Below, piece after piece: positions 25,748-39,075 of a DNA stretch of 64,000 nt. The translations under genes and the position numbers were made by a program. The stretch comes from Mobula hypostoma (taxonomy: Eukaryota), in contig NC_086097.1 in assembly GCF_963921235.1 (NCBI RefSeq), forward strand, positions 45,200,001 to 45,264,000, written 5' to 3'. Positions within the stretch are counted from its first letter, which is position 1. Each line of letters opens with the position of its first letter. The notes below the pieces were generated by a model. That model ran no database searches. It saw nothing but the letters and a program-made list of their open reading frames with translations, and was not told the DNA's origin.

Positions 25748-26026
25748 GCAATGACAGGAAGAGGCTACAATACGAATGTGAGAAGGAATGCAGAAGACTT
25801 CTTTGAAACTTTCTGCCATGGACTGGAATGGCATGAGTTCAGAGACAGAAGAGAACCGTCTGGGGAGAGAGGCAGGGCTTCTCCAGAGCTCTCTGTAGTG
25901 TCAGCCAATGGGAATGTTCTGTTGGACCACTCAGAAGGTAACCACGAAATGTCTTGGTGACTTCCTCCATGGGTGGCAGCCTTTCAACCGTCCATTCAGT
26001 AAAAAAGATGAATGGATGATAGGCAT

Positions 26027-27520
26027 CAGTGCCTATAAAAAGTAACCAGCCCCCGGGAAGTTTTCATGTTTCAGTGTTTTACAACATTGAATTGCACTGG
26101 ATTTAATTTGGCGTTTTTGACACTGATAACAGAAAAAGACTCTTGTATGTCAAACTGAAAACAAATCTCTACAAAGTGATCTAAATAACAAATATAAGAC
26201 ACAAAATAATTGACTGTATAAGTATTCACCCCCCTTTAATATGACACACCAAATCATCACTGGTGATTTAAAGTTGGTTTTAGAAGTCACATAATTAGTT
26301 AAATGGAGATCACCTGTGTGCAGTCAAGGTGTTTCAATGGACTGAAGTAAAAATACACCTGTATCTGGAAGGTCCAACTGCTGGTGAATCCGTATTCTGG
26401 CAAAAACTACACTATGAAGACAAAAGAACACTCCAAGCTCCACAAAAAGGTTATTGAAAAGCGTGAGTTAGGAGATGGATACAAGAAAATTTCCAAGTCA
26501 CTGAATATCCCTTGGACTACAGTTCACTCAATCATCCAGAGATGGAAAGAATATGGCACAGCTGTAAATCTACCTAGAGCAGGCCATCCTCAAAAACTGA
26601 GTGACCGTGCAAGAAGGGGACTAGTGAGGGAGGCCACCAAGAGACCTATGACAACTCTGGAGGAGTTACAAGCTTCAGTGGCTGAGATGGGAGAGACTGC
26701 ACAAACAACAACTGTTGCCCAGGTGCTTCACCAGTCAAGGTTTTATGGGACTATGGTAAAGAGAAAGCCACTCTTGAAAAAAATTCACATGAAATCTTGG
26801 CGCGAATTTGCCAGAAGGCATGTGGGGAACTCAAAAGGCAGATGGAAGAAAGTTCTATGATCTGATGAAATCAAAATTAAGCTTTCTGACCATGAGACTA
26901 AACGCTATGTTTGGTGTAAGCCAAACACCGCACATCATCAAAAACACACCATCCCTACCATGAAGCATGGTGGTGGCTGCATCATGCTGTGGGGATGCTT
27001 CACTGCACCAGGTCCTGGAAGGCTTGCGAAGGTAGAGGGTAAAATGAATGCAGTAAACTACAGGGAAATCCTAGAGGAAAATATGATGTAGTCTGCAAGA
27101 GAACTGTGACTTGGGAGAAGATTTGTTTTCCAGCAAGACAATGACCCCAAGTATAAAGCCAAAGCTACACATGAATGGCTTAAAAAACTACAAAGTTAAT
27201 GGCCCGGAGTGTCCAAGTTAGAGTTCAGACCTCAATCCAATTGAGAATTTGTGGCCAGACTTGAAAAGGGCTACTTACTCACGATCCCCATGCAATCTGA
27301 CAGAACTTGAGCAGTTTTGTAAAGAAGCATGGGGGAAAATTGCAGTGTCCAGATGTGCAAAGCTGATAGAGACCTATCCACACAGACTCAAGGCTGTAAT
27401 CGCTGCCAAAGATGTATCTACAAAATATTGACTTGAAGGGGTGAATACTTGTGCAATCAATTACTTTGTGTTTTATATTTGTAATTAATTTAGATCACTT
27501 TGCAGAGATCTGTTTTCAGT
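26027..27520 (+). mobile_element. Tc1-like (IR/DR type) DNA transposon with a decayed transposase and truncated right inverted repeat
   Basis: Left terminus cagtgcctataaaaagta; inner direct repeat aagtattcaccccc at ~26220; 27433-27520 is the reverse complement of ~26150-26237. Confidence 0.9.
26414..27431 (+). pseudogene. Tc1 DD34E transposase pseudogene (~340 codons; stops and a frameshift)
   Basis: N-terminal [70 protein letters not shown]...TKY*. Confidence 0.9.
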
Positions 27521-27880
27521 TAAATAAGTAGTGCAAAAGAAAAGTAGAGAGGTTGTGTTCATGGGTTCAATGTCCATTTAGAAATCTGATGGCAGAGGGG
27601 AAGAAGCCATTGCTGAGTCATTGAGTGAGTGCCTTCAAGCTCCTGTACCGCCTCCCTGAAGCTAGCAATGTGAAGCGGGCACGTCCTGGGTGATGGGTGT
27701 CCTTAATGATGATTTTTTGAGGCTTCGCTCCATGACGATATCCTGGATGTTGGAGAGGCTAGTGCCCATGATGGAGTTGACTGAGTTCACAACTTTCTGC
27801 AGCTTATTTCAATCCTGCACTGTGCTTTCCACCCCTCCCCCGCCCCCCACTCATTCCAGACAGTAATACAGCCGGTTAGT
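27521..27880 (-). mobile_element. Rex1/Babar-like 3' fragment abutting the truncated Tc1 end
   Basis: gtgttcatgggttc...gaaatctgatggcagaggggaagaagc...ctcctgtaccgcctccctga, shared with other Rex1-like ends in the window. Confidence 0.6.
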
Positions 27881-28134
27881 TAGAACATAGAAAGCCTACA
27901 GCACAATACAGGCCCTTCGGCCCACAAAGCTGTGCCGAACCTGTACTTACTATAGAAATTACCTCGGATTACCCATGGCCCGTTATTTTTCTAAGTTCTG
28001 AGATTGAATTCAGTGTACTTACAGAGTTTTGTTACCATCTTAAATCCTGTGTCTGTTAAGTTGGGCCTGGTATGATTGAGCCAGCTTGCTCATTTTCATT
28101 AATATTACCCACATAAGAAGCACGAGAATCACAG

Positions 28135-28442
28135 TGGACGTCACCGTAGCGGAGTGGTTAGCACAACACTATTGCAGCTCAGGGTGATCCCAAGTTCGAA
28201 GTTCAGTTCTGACGCCGTTCTGTAAGGAGTCTCTGTATGTCCTCCCCATGGAATCCATGGGTTTTCTCCGGGTCCTCCAGTTTCCTTCCACAGTCCAAAG
28301 ATGCACTGGGTAGGTTAACTGGTTACTGTAAATTGTTCCGTGGTTAGGTTAGGGTTAATTGGGGTTGTGTGGTTGCTGGGCTGGTGTGGCTTGAAGCACT
28401 GGAAGGCCCTACTCTGTGCTGTATCAGCAAATAAGTAAATAA
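28135..28442 (+). mobile_element. tRNA-derived V-type SINE (HE1-like)
   Basis: A-box-like tagcggagtggtt, B-box-like gttcgaa, V-domain gtatgtcctcccc...gggttttctccgggtcctccagtttcc...cacagtccaaaga; aaat tail. Confidence 0.7.
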
Positions 28443-30564
28443 TTTGGTGCTTGGGAACTCAAAAGAAAGTGCATTTGAATTAGGCTTTCATATGGAAAAA
28501 TGTCTCTTTGATTTTCCATTATAGCAATATGTTTGCTCTGAGCCAATTTTAATGATTTATTTTTGGCCTGAAACAAAAAATGACATGCCTGGTAGCTAGA
28601 TCATGATTCTCTGACAAAATTAAATCAAACATAAAGACAAGATAAAGATGGTTAAGATCACGAATGAAGGCTATATTTAGCAAATGAAGGCCATATTTAG
28701 CAAAATTCAGCCAAGTTCTGCAAGGCATGAATAACTAGCTAGTCTACAAGGAACTTTAACATAGCAGACCTCGGGTGTGGCAGCAATAGAGTAATAGGTC
28801 GGGATGTAATGATCTAATTTACCATTTATGCAAAGAACATTGATGTTGATATCACCCAATTTTCAGGGGCAGCCTAAGCAAAGTTATTCTGGCTCCTGCT
28901 CTCTCAGAGGCTGTTTCCACACAAGAAACTTGATTTCCTTTGAGCAAGTACTGAGTTTGATTTGAAGAAAAACTTGTACCCGTTACTCGCCATGATGCCC
29001 CATGCAACCATTTGGATTGAAGTGAAAGGGAACGTTTGTGGAATGTTTAGCTGGAATGAAAAGAATGGTACCATTACATTTGGTTAGTGATTGGGAGGGA
29101 TGGGACAGTCAATGCATCAAGGGTTAGGGTAACAGAATTGCTTAAAAAGTTTAATTTAGGAACAGTCTGACTGAAAGATAATGAAAGTGTTTAGAAAAGC
29201 ACAATCATACCATGAGGAATACAATTATTTCATTCCTTTTATTATTTTGCTGTATATATATTTTACCTGTACGCAATAAATAACGCAGTCAGTGTAGTTG
29301 ATACCCTAGCTAAAGTTATTGAACTCCATTTTTAAGTTAATTGTGAACACTGGCAGTTTGATGTTGACTTTCACTGTAATCAGCAAATGTTCAGTCACTA
29401 AATTCTGTGAAATCCAACCAATAGGCATATGTGACCAGACTAAACAAGCCCCACACCCATGAAAGAGGAATAAAAAAAAACTTCTGACAGTTAGTCTTAA
29501 CTGGAATAATCAAGAGCTGTCAATGCATTTCAAATATTTCTGAAGCATTCAAATAAAGATCATACACAAGAAAAGGACAAGTTGAAAGACTGCAAAAAAA
29601 TTAAATCACTGAAACATTTTAAAAAGCTTAACATTTTAAACATTAAGAAATCTAAAATCTTTAAAAGTTTTTTTTAAAATCTTGGTACAATTTAGCAAAA
29701 TGTAGTTTTTTTAAAAAAACACATAAAAACCCCACAAAGCTGAAGTTCTCAGATCTACTTATATCCATTGAAGCCAAGAGGAAAAGGCCAGTTGTGCCTG
29801 CTGTTATCTGGCACGGGACTGAAGAGCCTCAGCCCAAATTTCAGTTTGCACACCAAATGTCAAGGAGTTCAGCATGGAGTCTATTGGATATCTGGCACTG
29901 CCAACTGCAGAAACTTCTGGATTTCCACCAATGGATTCAGATATATACACAAGCACAGAAATCCAGAGGCTGCTATGAGTTACAAGGAAATGTCAACAAT
30001 CTTACTGATTTTTGTGAGGGCATTTTGTTTGCTGACTGCGAGTTCTAAACTCAAACAAAGACCTTTTTTAAGTCCAATCTGATATAGACAGCCATGAGTA
30101 CTCTCAACAAAGGGAGGTAATACAGTAACTACCCAATCTTCAAAGACTAGTTCACTTCTCTGTTTATTCTCCATGGTGAGTTTAGCTGCCAATACCCGCT
30201 ATTTGAGTGGTGGGTCCCCTCTCCTTGCCAAAGAGAAGAAACTTCCAGCTAACAAAGTAGTTTAAACACTTAATTTATTTTCAGTGATACATGCTTAAAC
30301 CAAAGCAACATTATTAAGACACATTTAAAACTCACAGAGGATTTCTATCTTATACTACTTCCAAAGGGTTTCCAAAACACAGATACAATTTCTATAGAGT
30401 AAAAAGAAATACATATGAGCCACAGAAAATCTAGCGGGAATCCAAGGCAGAGGAATGGATTCTAGTTTACCCCGTGTTTCTGTCATATTTCTCGGTGTTT
30501 TTTTTATCCCATTCCTAAAAAGCCTGGACTGCTCTCAGCATTTTTTTGTCACTTGGGTGATTTC

Positions 30565-30848
30565 TTTATTTATTGAATATAGTGCAGAGTCGGCCTTCCG
30601 ACCCTGAAAGCTGTGCCACCCAGAAATCCCCCCATTTAATCCTAGCCTAATCACAGGAGAACTTACAATGTCCAATTGACCCATCAACCTGTACAACTTT
30701 GGACTGCGGGAGGAAACCGGAACACCCAGAGGAAACCCATGTGGTAACGGAGAGGATGTACAACCTCCTTACAGGCAGTAGCGGGAATCAAACCCGGGCT
30801 GTTGGTACTATAAGGTGTTGCACTAACCACCATTGTACCGTGTCACCA
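30565..30848 (-). mobile_element. V-type SINE
   Basis: tttggactgcgggaggaaaccggaacacccagaggaaacccat is the reverse-complement V-domain; gggaatcaaacccggg is a B-box region. Confidence 0.7.
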
Positions 30849-31151
30849 CATGTGTGTGTACTTCACATGTATATTTTCAGATATCTTTTAACACAAACAG
30901 TCTAAAAGTTTCTGGAGATAAGGTTCCCAGGTACCCATAATTAAGACACTGAAGCTGACTCCATGAGTACATAAATCATCCAATTTACTAAATATCAGCT
31001 ATTAATATGCTACATATTATCCATATCATCTGCAAGCTTCCTTGAACTAAATAAATACGCCAGCATTGTCCATTTTGAAACAAGCCAAATTAAATTAACT
31101 GTTATCTTATAATAACCACAAGTAAGTGAACAAATCTCTGACTCTATAGAC

Positions 31152-31230
31152 CAGGGTTCACAATCTTGCTTATGCCATGGACCAATACCATTAAGCAAGG
31201 GGTCTGTATACACCAGGTTGGGAACTCCTG
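31152..31230. mobile_element. ~80-bp hAT (Charlie-like) MITE
   Basis: cagggttcacaat ... ggttgggaactcctg; degenerate 8-bp TSD ctatagac/ctttaaac; homologous to 41041-41122. Confidence 0.7.
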
Positions 31231-31374
31231 CTTTAAACATTGCTTCTGTTTGCAAAGCTGTGCATTTAACTTTCAACTGATTACTGCTTGCAAGTGACAT
31301 TAAGAACTGTAGGTTGGCTCACGTTTATGACCAGCAGCTAAACAAACAATAATGGTCGAAATTTGTCAAATTTC

Positions 31375-31788
31375 AATTATATTGACTCAACTTAGAATTG
31401 GGCATATCATGCTTATTCCTTATATCGTGTTGGAAAACATCACTCTGAGATGTGTAGGTTTTGTCATCATTATGAAACAGTTGAGCACATTCTATTAAAA
31501 TGTGAAGCATACAAGGGTGAAAGAAATCAATGTAAGCTTCACTATTAACTTTAGGGGCTGATAGTTTTCATTTAAACACTTTAAGTTATGGAAGAGACTT
31601 TAATTTAATTCACAATATTGTCTTTCATTGTTTACAATCTATAGGACTTTTTAGTTTTCATTTGATAAAGAACTAATAGGGGTTTTTATATCCCAACTCT
31701 CTACACTCTCTTTAGTCCAGTTGGTGGTGGTAATGCACCTTTAGGTTGGACTGCCAACCACCATTAAAAATCAGAAGAAGAAGAAAAA
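31375..31788 (+). mobile_element. Nimb/I-clade LINE 3' fragment
   Basis: Encodes LTQLRIGH...VGKHHSEMCRFCHHYETVEHILLKCEAY (C-terminal CCHC knuckle); 3' UTR ccagttggtggtggtaatgcacc and (gaa)n tail. Confidence 0.7.
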
Positions 31789-32869
31789 AATGGTTGGAAG
31801 TTTAACTTATTCAAAAACAACATTTTGATCTTCAGAAGTGTTGGCTGCTGTGTATAGAAAGCTGAGCTTGGCAAATAAAAAACAAAGCCCACCCCAGCCC
31901 AGAAACAGTGAATACCTATTACAATTTACAATTTCCCCTCAAATTCTGGCCATTAGTATTAAAATATTTTCATGAACTCTTAGGTTAACTGCGGCATTGA
32001 CTGTGCTATTTATAATTTATGGCATGATCACCTCATAGTTTTGCTGTTTGAAACATGAAGAGAGTTTTAACCTTCATTTACAATGACTCATGGTCCCTGT
32101 AGAACAGGAAATATGTATTGGCCAACTTGACTGCTTATGTGCACATTCATTGCTGTTAACAATAGTCCCACTTTCTCTATGTTAATGCTCTCCGCTCAGC
32201 TAAAGTATGTGTTCAGCTGGAGTTTTATCAAAAGACAAGTTACGTTTTGTGTTAAATTACAGAGAACATGCACAACAAAACCATTATAAGGTTTAAAAAA
32301 CTAACTGTTCAGGGGCTGGATAAAATCTTGGATACAGAAATGTCCACCACCCTTTCTCAAAGAGGAGGCAGCCAGCACTGACTGTGGTTTGTGCAGAGTA
32401 CCATGTTTAAGTTTGGACCAGCATAATTACTAAGCTTTGTCTGGGGGACTATAATCAACTTCTCTTGATTTCCTATACATTTTGGACACATAATCTATAC
32501 TTATGCACAGATTTTTAGAATCATTTTGCATACATTTTGTCTTATTCCATACTATATGACATGCGATTTAAAATACTTATTTTGAAATTTAAAACAGCCC
32601 TTTACCTTAACAATGGATGCACATAACTTTACAACTACTATTTCTGAACACTCTTTATCCCATCAGCATAATTTAAAACTGTAAAATAGGATGATTTCAC
32701 AGTGCACAGTGTGAATGTATGCAAGTGTCTAACAGAGGAGTCTGCAGTTGATCTTAGCAGGAATTGTATAAAATCTGTGTAATGATTGTTTAGACTCTGA
32801 ACGTAATACAAGCCAAGAATTTTGCAGCTTAACTGCTCTCTTCCAGTTAATTTACAAGGCAGTGCCTTA

Positions 32870-33225
32870 TAGTTTTAGAAGGTCTTTGACAAGATGCCAC
32901 ACATTTAAGAGACTTTAGATAGGTACATGGAGCTTAGAAAAACAGAGGGTTATGCAGTAGGGTAGTTCTAGGCAGTTTCGAGAGTAGGTTACATGGTCGG
33001 AACAACATTGTGGGCCGAAGGGCCTGTAATGTGCTGTAGATTCCTATGTTCTATCTTCTATGAGGTTTGCTAAACAAGATAAGAGCCCATGGTGTTACAG
33101 GAAAGTCACTAGCATGGATAGAGATTGGCTGACTGGTAGGAGACGAAGAGTAGGAATAAAGGGAGCCTTTTCTGGTTGGCTGAGGGACTAGTGGTGTTCC
33201 ACAGGGTTCAGTGTTGGGACAATTT
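32870..33225 (+). mobile_element. CR1 RT fragment containing a nested CR1 3'-tail insertion (~32904-33060)
   Basis: tttgacaagatgccacac|...|atgaggtttgctaaacaag rejoins as FDKMPHMR; ends near ggtgttccacagggttcagtgttggga (GVPQGSVLG). Confidence 0.75.
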
Positions 33226-36200
33226 CTTCATGAACAAAGCGGATGAGCTTAGAGCGTGGATCAGTACTTGGAGCTATGATGTTGTGGCCATTACAGAGAC
33301 CTGGATGGCTCAAGGGCAGGAATGGTTACTTAGAGTGCTAGGCTTTAGATGTTTCAGAAAAGACAGGAAGGGAGACAAAAGAGTTGGGGCGTGGCACTGC
33401 AGATCAGAGATAGTGTCACAGCTGCAGAAAAGGAGGAAACCATGGAGGTATTGTCTACTGAGTCTCTGTGGGTGAAAGTTAGGAACAGGAAGGGGTCAAT
33501 AACACTCCTGGGTGTTTTTTATAGACCACCCAATAGGAGCAGGGCCATTGAGGAGCAGATCGGGAGACAGATTCTGGAAAGGTGTAATAATAACAGAGTA
33601 GTTGTGCTGGGAGATTTTAATTTTCCAAATATTGATTGGCATCTCCCTAGAGCAAGGGGTTTAGATGGGGTGGGGTTTGTTAGATGTGTTCAGGAAGGTT
33701 TCCTGACACAAGAGGGCACAGTTTTCAGGTGCTTGGAAGTAGGTACAGAGATGTCAGGGCTAAGTTGTTGTGTTTTTTTTTATGCAGAGAGTGTTGCGTG
33801 CGTGGAATGGGCTGCTGGCAACAGTGGTGGAGGCAGATATGATGGGATCTTTTAAGAGACTCCTGAATAGGTACATGGAGCATAGAAAAATAGAGGGCTA
33901 TGGGTAACCCTAGATGATTTCTAAAGTACATATTCGGCACAGCATTGTGGGCCGAAGGGCCTGTATTGTGCTGTAGGTTTTCTATGTAATACGTAGCTAA
34001 GCCTACAAGAGGAGAGGCTGTACTTGATCTGGTATTGGGAAATGAACCTGGTCAGGTGTCAGATCTCTCAGTAGCAGAGCATTTTGGAGAAAGTGATCAC
34101 AATTCTATCTCTTTTACCATAGGATTGGCGGGGGATAGGAAAGTTATGAAAACGTTTAACTAGAGTAAGGGGAGATATGAAGCTATCAGGCAGGAATGTG
34201 GAAGCATTAATTGGGAACGGATGTTCTCAGGGAAATGTACGGCATAAATGTGGCAAATGTTTAGGGGACATTGGTGTGGCGTTCTACATAGGTACATTCC
34301 AATGAGACAGGGAAAGGATGGTAGGATACAGGGACCATGATGTACAAAGGCTGTTGAAAATCTAGTCAAGAAGAAAAGAAAAGCTTACGAATGGTTCAAA
34401 AATCTAGGTAATGATAGAGATCTAGAAAATTATAAGGCTAGCAGGAAGAAGCTTAAGAATGAAATTAGGAGAGCCAGAAGGGGCCATGAGAAAGTCTTGG
34501 CGAACAGGATTAAGGAAACCCCAATGCATTCTAAAGGTATATGAAGAGCAAGAGGATAAGACATGAGAGAATAGGACCAATCAAGCGTGATAGTGAAAAA
34601 GTGTGTATGGATCTGGAGGAGATTGCAGAGGTACTTAATGAATATTTTGCTTCAGTATTCACTACGGAAAAGGACCTCAGCAATTGTAGGGATGACTTAC
34701 AGCGGACTGAAAAGCTTGAGCATATAGATATTAAGAAAGAGGATGTATTGAAGCTTTTGGAAACCATCAAGTTGGATAAGTCTCCAGGACCGGATGAGAT
34801 GCATCCCAGGCTACTGTGGGAGGCGAGGGAGGAGATTGCTGATTGCTGAGCTCCTGGCAATGATTTTTGCATCATCAATGGGGATGGGAGAGGTTCCAGA
34901 AGATTGGAGGGTTGCAGATGTTGTTCCTTATTCAAGAAAGGGAGTAGAGATAACCCTGGAAATTATAGACCAGTGAGTCTTACTTCAGTGGCTGGTAAGT
35001 TGATGGAGAGGATCCTGAGAGGCAGGATTTATGAACATTTAGAGAAGCATAATATAATTAGGAATAGTCAGCATGGCTTTGTCAAAGGCAGGCCGTGCCT
35101 TTTGAGCTTGACTGAATTTTTTTGAGGATGTGACTAAACACATTGATGAAGGTAGAGCAGTGGATGTAGTGTATATGGATTTCAGCAAGGCATTTGATAA
35201 GGTACCCCATGCAAGGCTTATTGAGAAAGTAAGGAGGCATGGGATCCAAGGGGACCTTACTTTTAGGATCCAGAATTGGCTTGCTCACAGAAGCCAGAGT
35301 GGTTGTAGACGGGTCATATTCTGCATGGAGGTCGGTGACCAGTGGGGTGCCTCAGGAATCTGTTCTGGGACCCCTACTCTTCGTGATTTTTATAAATGAC
35401 CCTGGATAAGTGGAGGGGTGGGTTAGTAAATTTACTGATGACACAAAGGTTGGGGTTGTTGTGGATAGTGTGGAGGGCTGTCAGAGGTTACAGCGGGACA
35501 GCGGGACATCGATAGGGTACAAAACTGGGCTGAGAAGTGGCAGATGGAATTCAATCCAGATAAGTGTGAAGTGGCTCATTTTGGTAGGTCAAATATGATG
35601 GCAGAATATAGTATTAAAGGCACGACTCTTGGCAGTGTGGAGGATCAGGGGGATCTTGGGGTCTGAGTCCATAGGACGCTCAAAGCAGCTGTGCAGGTTA
35701 ACTCTGTGGTTAAGAAGGCATACGGTGCATTGGCCTTCATCAACTGTGGGATTGAGTTCAAGAGCCGAGAAATAATGTTGCAGCTTTATAGGACCCTGGT
35801 CAGACCCCACTTGGAGTACGTGCTCAGTTCTGGTCGCCTCACTACAGGAAGGACGTGGAAACTATAGAAAGGGTGCAGAGGAGATTTACAAGGATGCTGC
35901 CTGGATTAGGGACCTTGCCTTATGAGAATAGGTTGAGTGAACTTGGAGCGGTGGAGGATGAGAGGTGACCTGATAGAGGTGTATATGATGATGAACGCTA
36001 TTGATCCTATGGATAGTCAGAGGCTTTTTCCCAGGGCTGAAATGGCTGCCACAAGAGGGCACAGGTTTAAGGTGCTTGGAAGTAGGTACAGAGGAGATGT
36101 CAGGGGTAAGTTTTTTTGTGCAGAGAGTGGTGAGTGCGTGGAGTGAGCTGCAGAAATTACTAGTAATTTCCAAGTAAGTACATGTTCGGCACAGCATTGT

Positions 36201-36246
36201 GGGCTGAAGGGCCTGTATTGTGCTTTAGGTTTTCTATGTTTCTATG
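33226..36246 (+). mobile_element. CR1 LINE (second family), ORF2 APE-RT with frameshifts and a nested same-family 3' fragment (~33711-33987)
   Basis: Peptides [64 protein letters not shown]; (tttctatg)n tail. Confidence 0.92.
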
Positions 36247-37075
36247 TAATAAAGGCTCAACATTATCTCCTTGCTTTTATATTCTATTCCCCTTGAAATA
36301 AATGCCAACATTGCATTTACCACAGACTCAACCTTTGAATTAACCTTTTGGGAGTCTTGCACGAAGATTCCTTAGTCCCTTTGTACCTCTGATGTTTGAG
36401 CCTTCTCCCCATTTAGATAATAGTCTTCCTATTGTTCCTTTTACCAAAATGCATTTTCATACATTTCCCAACACTCTATTCCATCTGCCACTTTTTTTGC
36501 CCATTCTTCCAATTTGTCTAAGTCCTGCTGCAATTGTATTGCTTTCTCAGCACTATCTACCCCTCCACCTATTTCGTATCCTCTGCAAACTTACCCACAA
36601 AGCCATTAATTCCACTCTTTAAATTATTAACAAACAATGTGAAAAGTAGCGGTCCCAAAACTGATCCCCGAGGAACACCACTAGTCCCTGGCAGCCAACC
36701 AAAGGCCCTCTTTACTACCACACGCTGCCTCCTGCCCATCAGCCATTCTTCTACTCATGCCAGTATATTTCCTGTAACACCATAGGATTTTATCTTGTTA
36801 AGCAGCCTCATGTGAGGCACCTTATCAAATGCCTTTTGAAAATTTAAGTAAATGACATCCACTGCCTCTCCTTTGTCCAGCCTGCTTGTTACTTCCTCAA
36901 GGGATTCTAACAGATTTGTCTAACAGATTCCCTTTGCAGGAACCATGCTGACTTTGACTTATTTTATCATTAGTCTACAAGTATCGTGAAACCTCATCCT
37001 TAATAATGGACTCCAACACTTTGTGAGGAATTCCTCACAACACTTTCCCAACCACTGAGGATGAGGCAATTAAAG
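36247..37075 (-). mobile_element. CR1 RT fragment, same family as 32870-33225, opposite orientation
   Basis: Reverse complement encodes AFDKVPHMRLLNKIK...GVPRGSVLGP...KFAEDTK. Confidence 0.8.
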
Positions 37076-37464
37076 GACATCAACCTGAAATATTTTGTAT
37101 TTCCTTCTCCAGAGATACTGCCCAATATACAGAGTAACACCAGCATTCTTTATTTTAATTTAAATCATATCCAATCTATTAAAATAAGAGCAAATCACAG
37201 CAAATTCCAATGCCCAAAATCTGAACATTGCAGGTGTTAGAAATTGGAAGTGAACATAGAAAATGGTGTTAATACTCAGTGGGTTGAGCAGCTTCTGTGG
37301 AGGGTGAAAAAGAATTAAGGTTTCAAGTCCATGAGCTTTCATCCAAGTCGTGTCTGTTGTAGAACCAGGAACAGGAAAAAGCCAATGAACCTGAACCAAG
37401 AGGAAAGCCACAATCTCATGAATTGATCTGTATAAACAGTATATTTATGTGGTTTTGTGAAAGA

Positions 37465-38618
37465 CAAAGGTACAAGAAACACAGTATTGATGTTAAGGAT
37501 ACTATCAGAACGAGCTATTCAAGTGCAAAAAGATTTGTTTGTTTTATCGACTACACAAAAGCATTTGATAAAGTGAAGCACAATAAGTTATTTGAAATAT
37601 TACAGGAAACTCTAGATCTAGATTCAAATGACCTCCGCCTAATCAGAAATCTGTACTGGGAACAAACTGCCACCGTAAGAATAGACGGAGAAGTGGGTCA
37701 GTTTATGAAAATCAAGAGAAGCATTAGATGAGGGTGTGTTTTCTCCCCGATTTATTTACTGTGTACAGTGAAACAATTTTACAAAAAAGAAGAGACATCT
37801 TGGGAATCAAAGTTGGTGGTAAAAACATCAATAATTTCAGATACGCGGATGACACTGTTAATTGCAAGTACAGAGGAAGAACTACAAAACTTAATTGATA
37901 TAGTTGTTGAAGAAAGTGCAAAAATAGGTCTATCTATCAATTGCAAAAAGACAGAATGTATGGTGATATCCAAAAAGGAGAATCCTATCTGTAGGCTGAG
38001 AATAAATGGGGAAGACATAAAACAAATACAGAACTTTTGCTACTTAGGAAGCTGGGTGACATCAGATGGCAGGTGCGACTTGAACATCAAAAGAAGAATA
38101 GGGATGGCAAAAGACATCTTTATGAGAATGAAGGGTATACTGACCAATACTAAACTAAGCATGACAACCCGCCTCAGAGTACTGAAATGTTACATCTATC
38201 CAGTTATGTTATATGGCTCAGAATGTTGAACAATATCTAGTAACATGAGGAAACGAATTGAAGCAGCAGAGATATGGTTTTTGAGGAGGATGCAAAGAAT
38301 ATCATGGACAAATATCTAACAAGGGATGTCATGAACAGAGCAAGCATAAAAAGAGAAATAATGTATGAGATCATGAAAAGGCAACGTGAATTCATTGGAC
38401 ATGTGATTAGTAAAGAGGATTTAGAATGCATGGTAATTATGGGAAAGATTGAAGGGAAGAAAGCAAGAGGAAGGCAAAGACAAATGATGATGGAGACAGC
38501 AATCAGAGAACTGGAAATGAATACCAATGAATCGATCCACTTGACCCAAAACAGGAGTGCGTGGGCCATGGCAGTCAAAGCTCAAACTGGGCATGGCATC
38601 TGATGATGATGATGATGA
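37465..38618 (+). mobile_element. RTE-clade (BovB-like) LINE 3' portion with (gat)n tail
   Basis: Peptides CFIDYTKAFDKVKH, LIRNLYWEQTA, RYADDT, FCYLGSWVTSDGRC, YIYPVMLYGSEC, GKIEGKKARGRQR; tail tgatgatgatgatgatga. Confidence 0.9.
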
Positions 38619-38819
38619 AACAGTATATTAGACGAGCTTTTCACTGCACATGTGACAATAATAAACAAAATCCCCCTCCAGGCTCGAATGGTCATGTAAC
38701 CTATTTTAAGAGCAGATCATCAACACGAACTTTCTTTACCTGTCTAAATGTGCTGCTGTTTACTTTTACTTTCACTTTCATATGTAACTTAATAGTATTT
38801 AATTAAGATATTCAGATGA

Positions 38820-39075
38820 AGACACACACTCAACATTTCAGGAATAGCTTCTACTACGCCACCATCAAATTACTGAATGGACATTGTACACTACTGTGTT
38901 TTCCCCTTCTTTCTGGTCTCTTTTTGCACTGCTCATTTAATGCTAGTTTTTATATTTCTTATTGTCATTTATAGGTTCTTTATTATTATGCATTGCAATG
39001 TACTGCTGCCACAAAAGCAACAAATTCATGACATACAGTATGGCAGTAATATTAAACCTGATTCTAATTATAAAT
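38820..39075 (+). mobile_element. Rex1/Babar-like 3' end
   Basis: ttcaggaatagcttctac...accatcaaattactgaatgg ... attaaacctgattct. Confidence 0.55.

Noticed and set aside
28135..28220. tRNA gene (likewise ~46603-46675)
   Set aside because: The A/B boxes are SINE heads followed by a V-domain; no complete cloverleaf.
29700..30480. Overlapping 70-104-aa ORFs, or an LTR, in unique-looking DNA
   Set aside because: No recognisable domain, splice-site pair, or TG...CA termini with a TSD.
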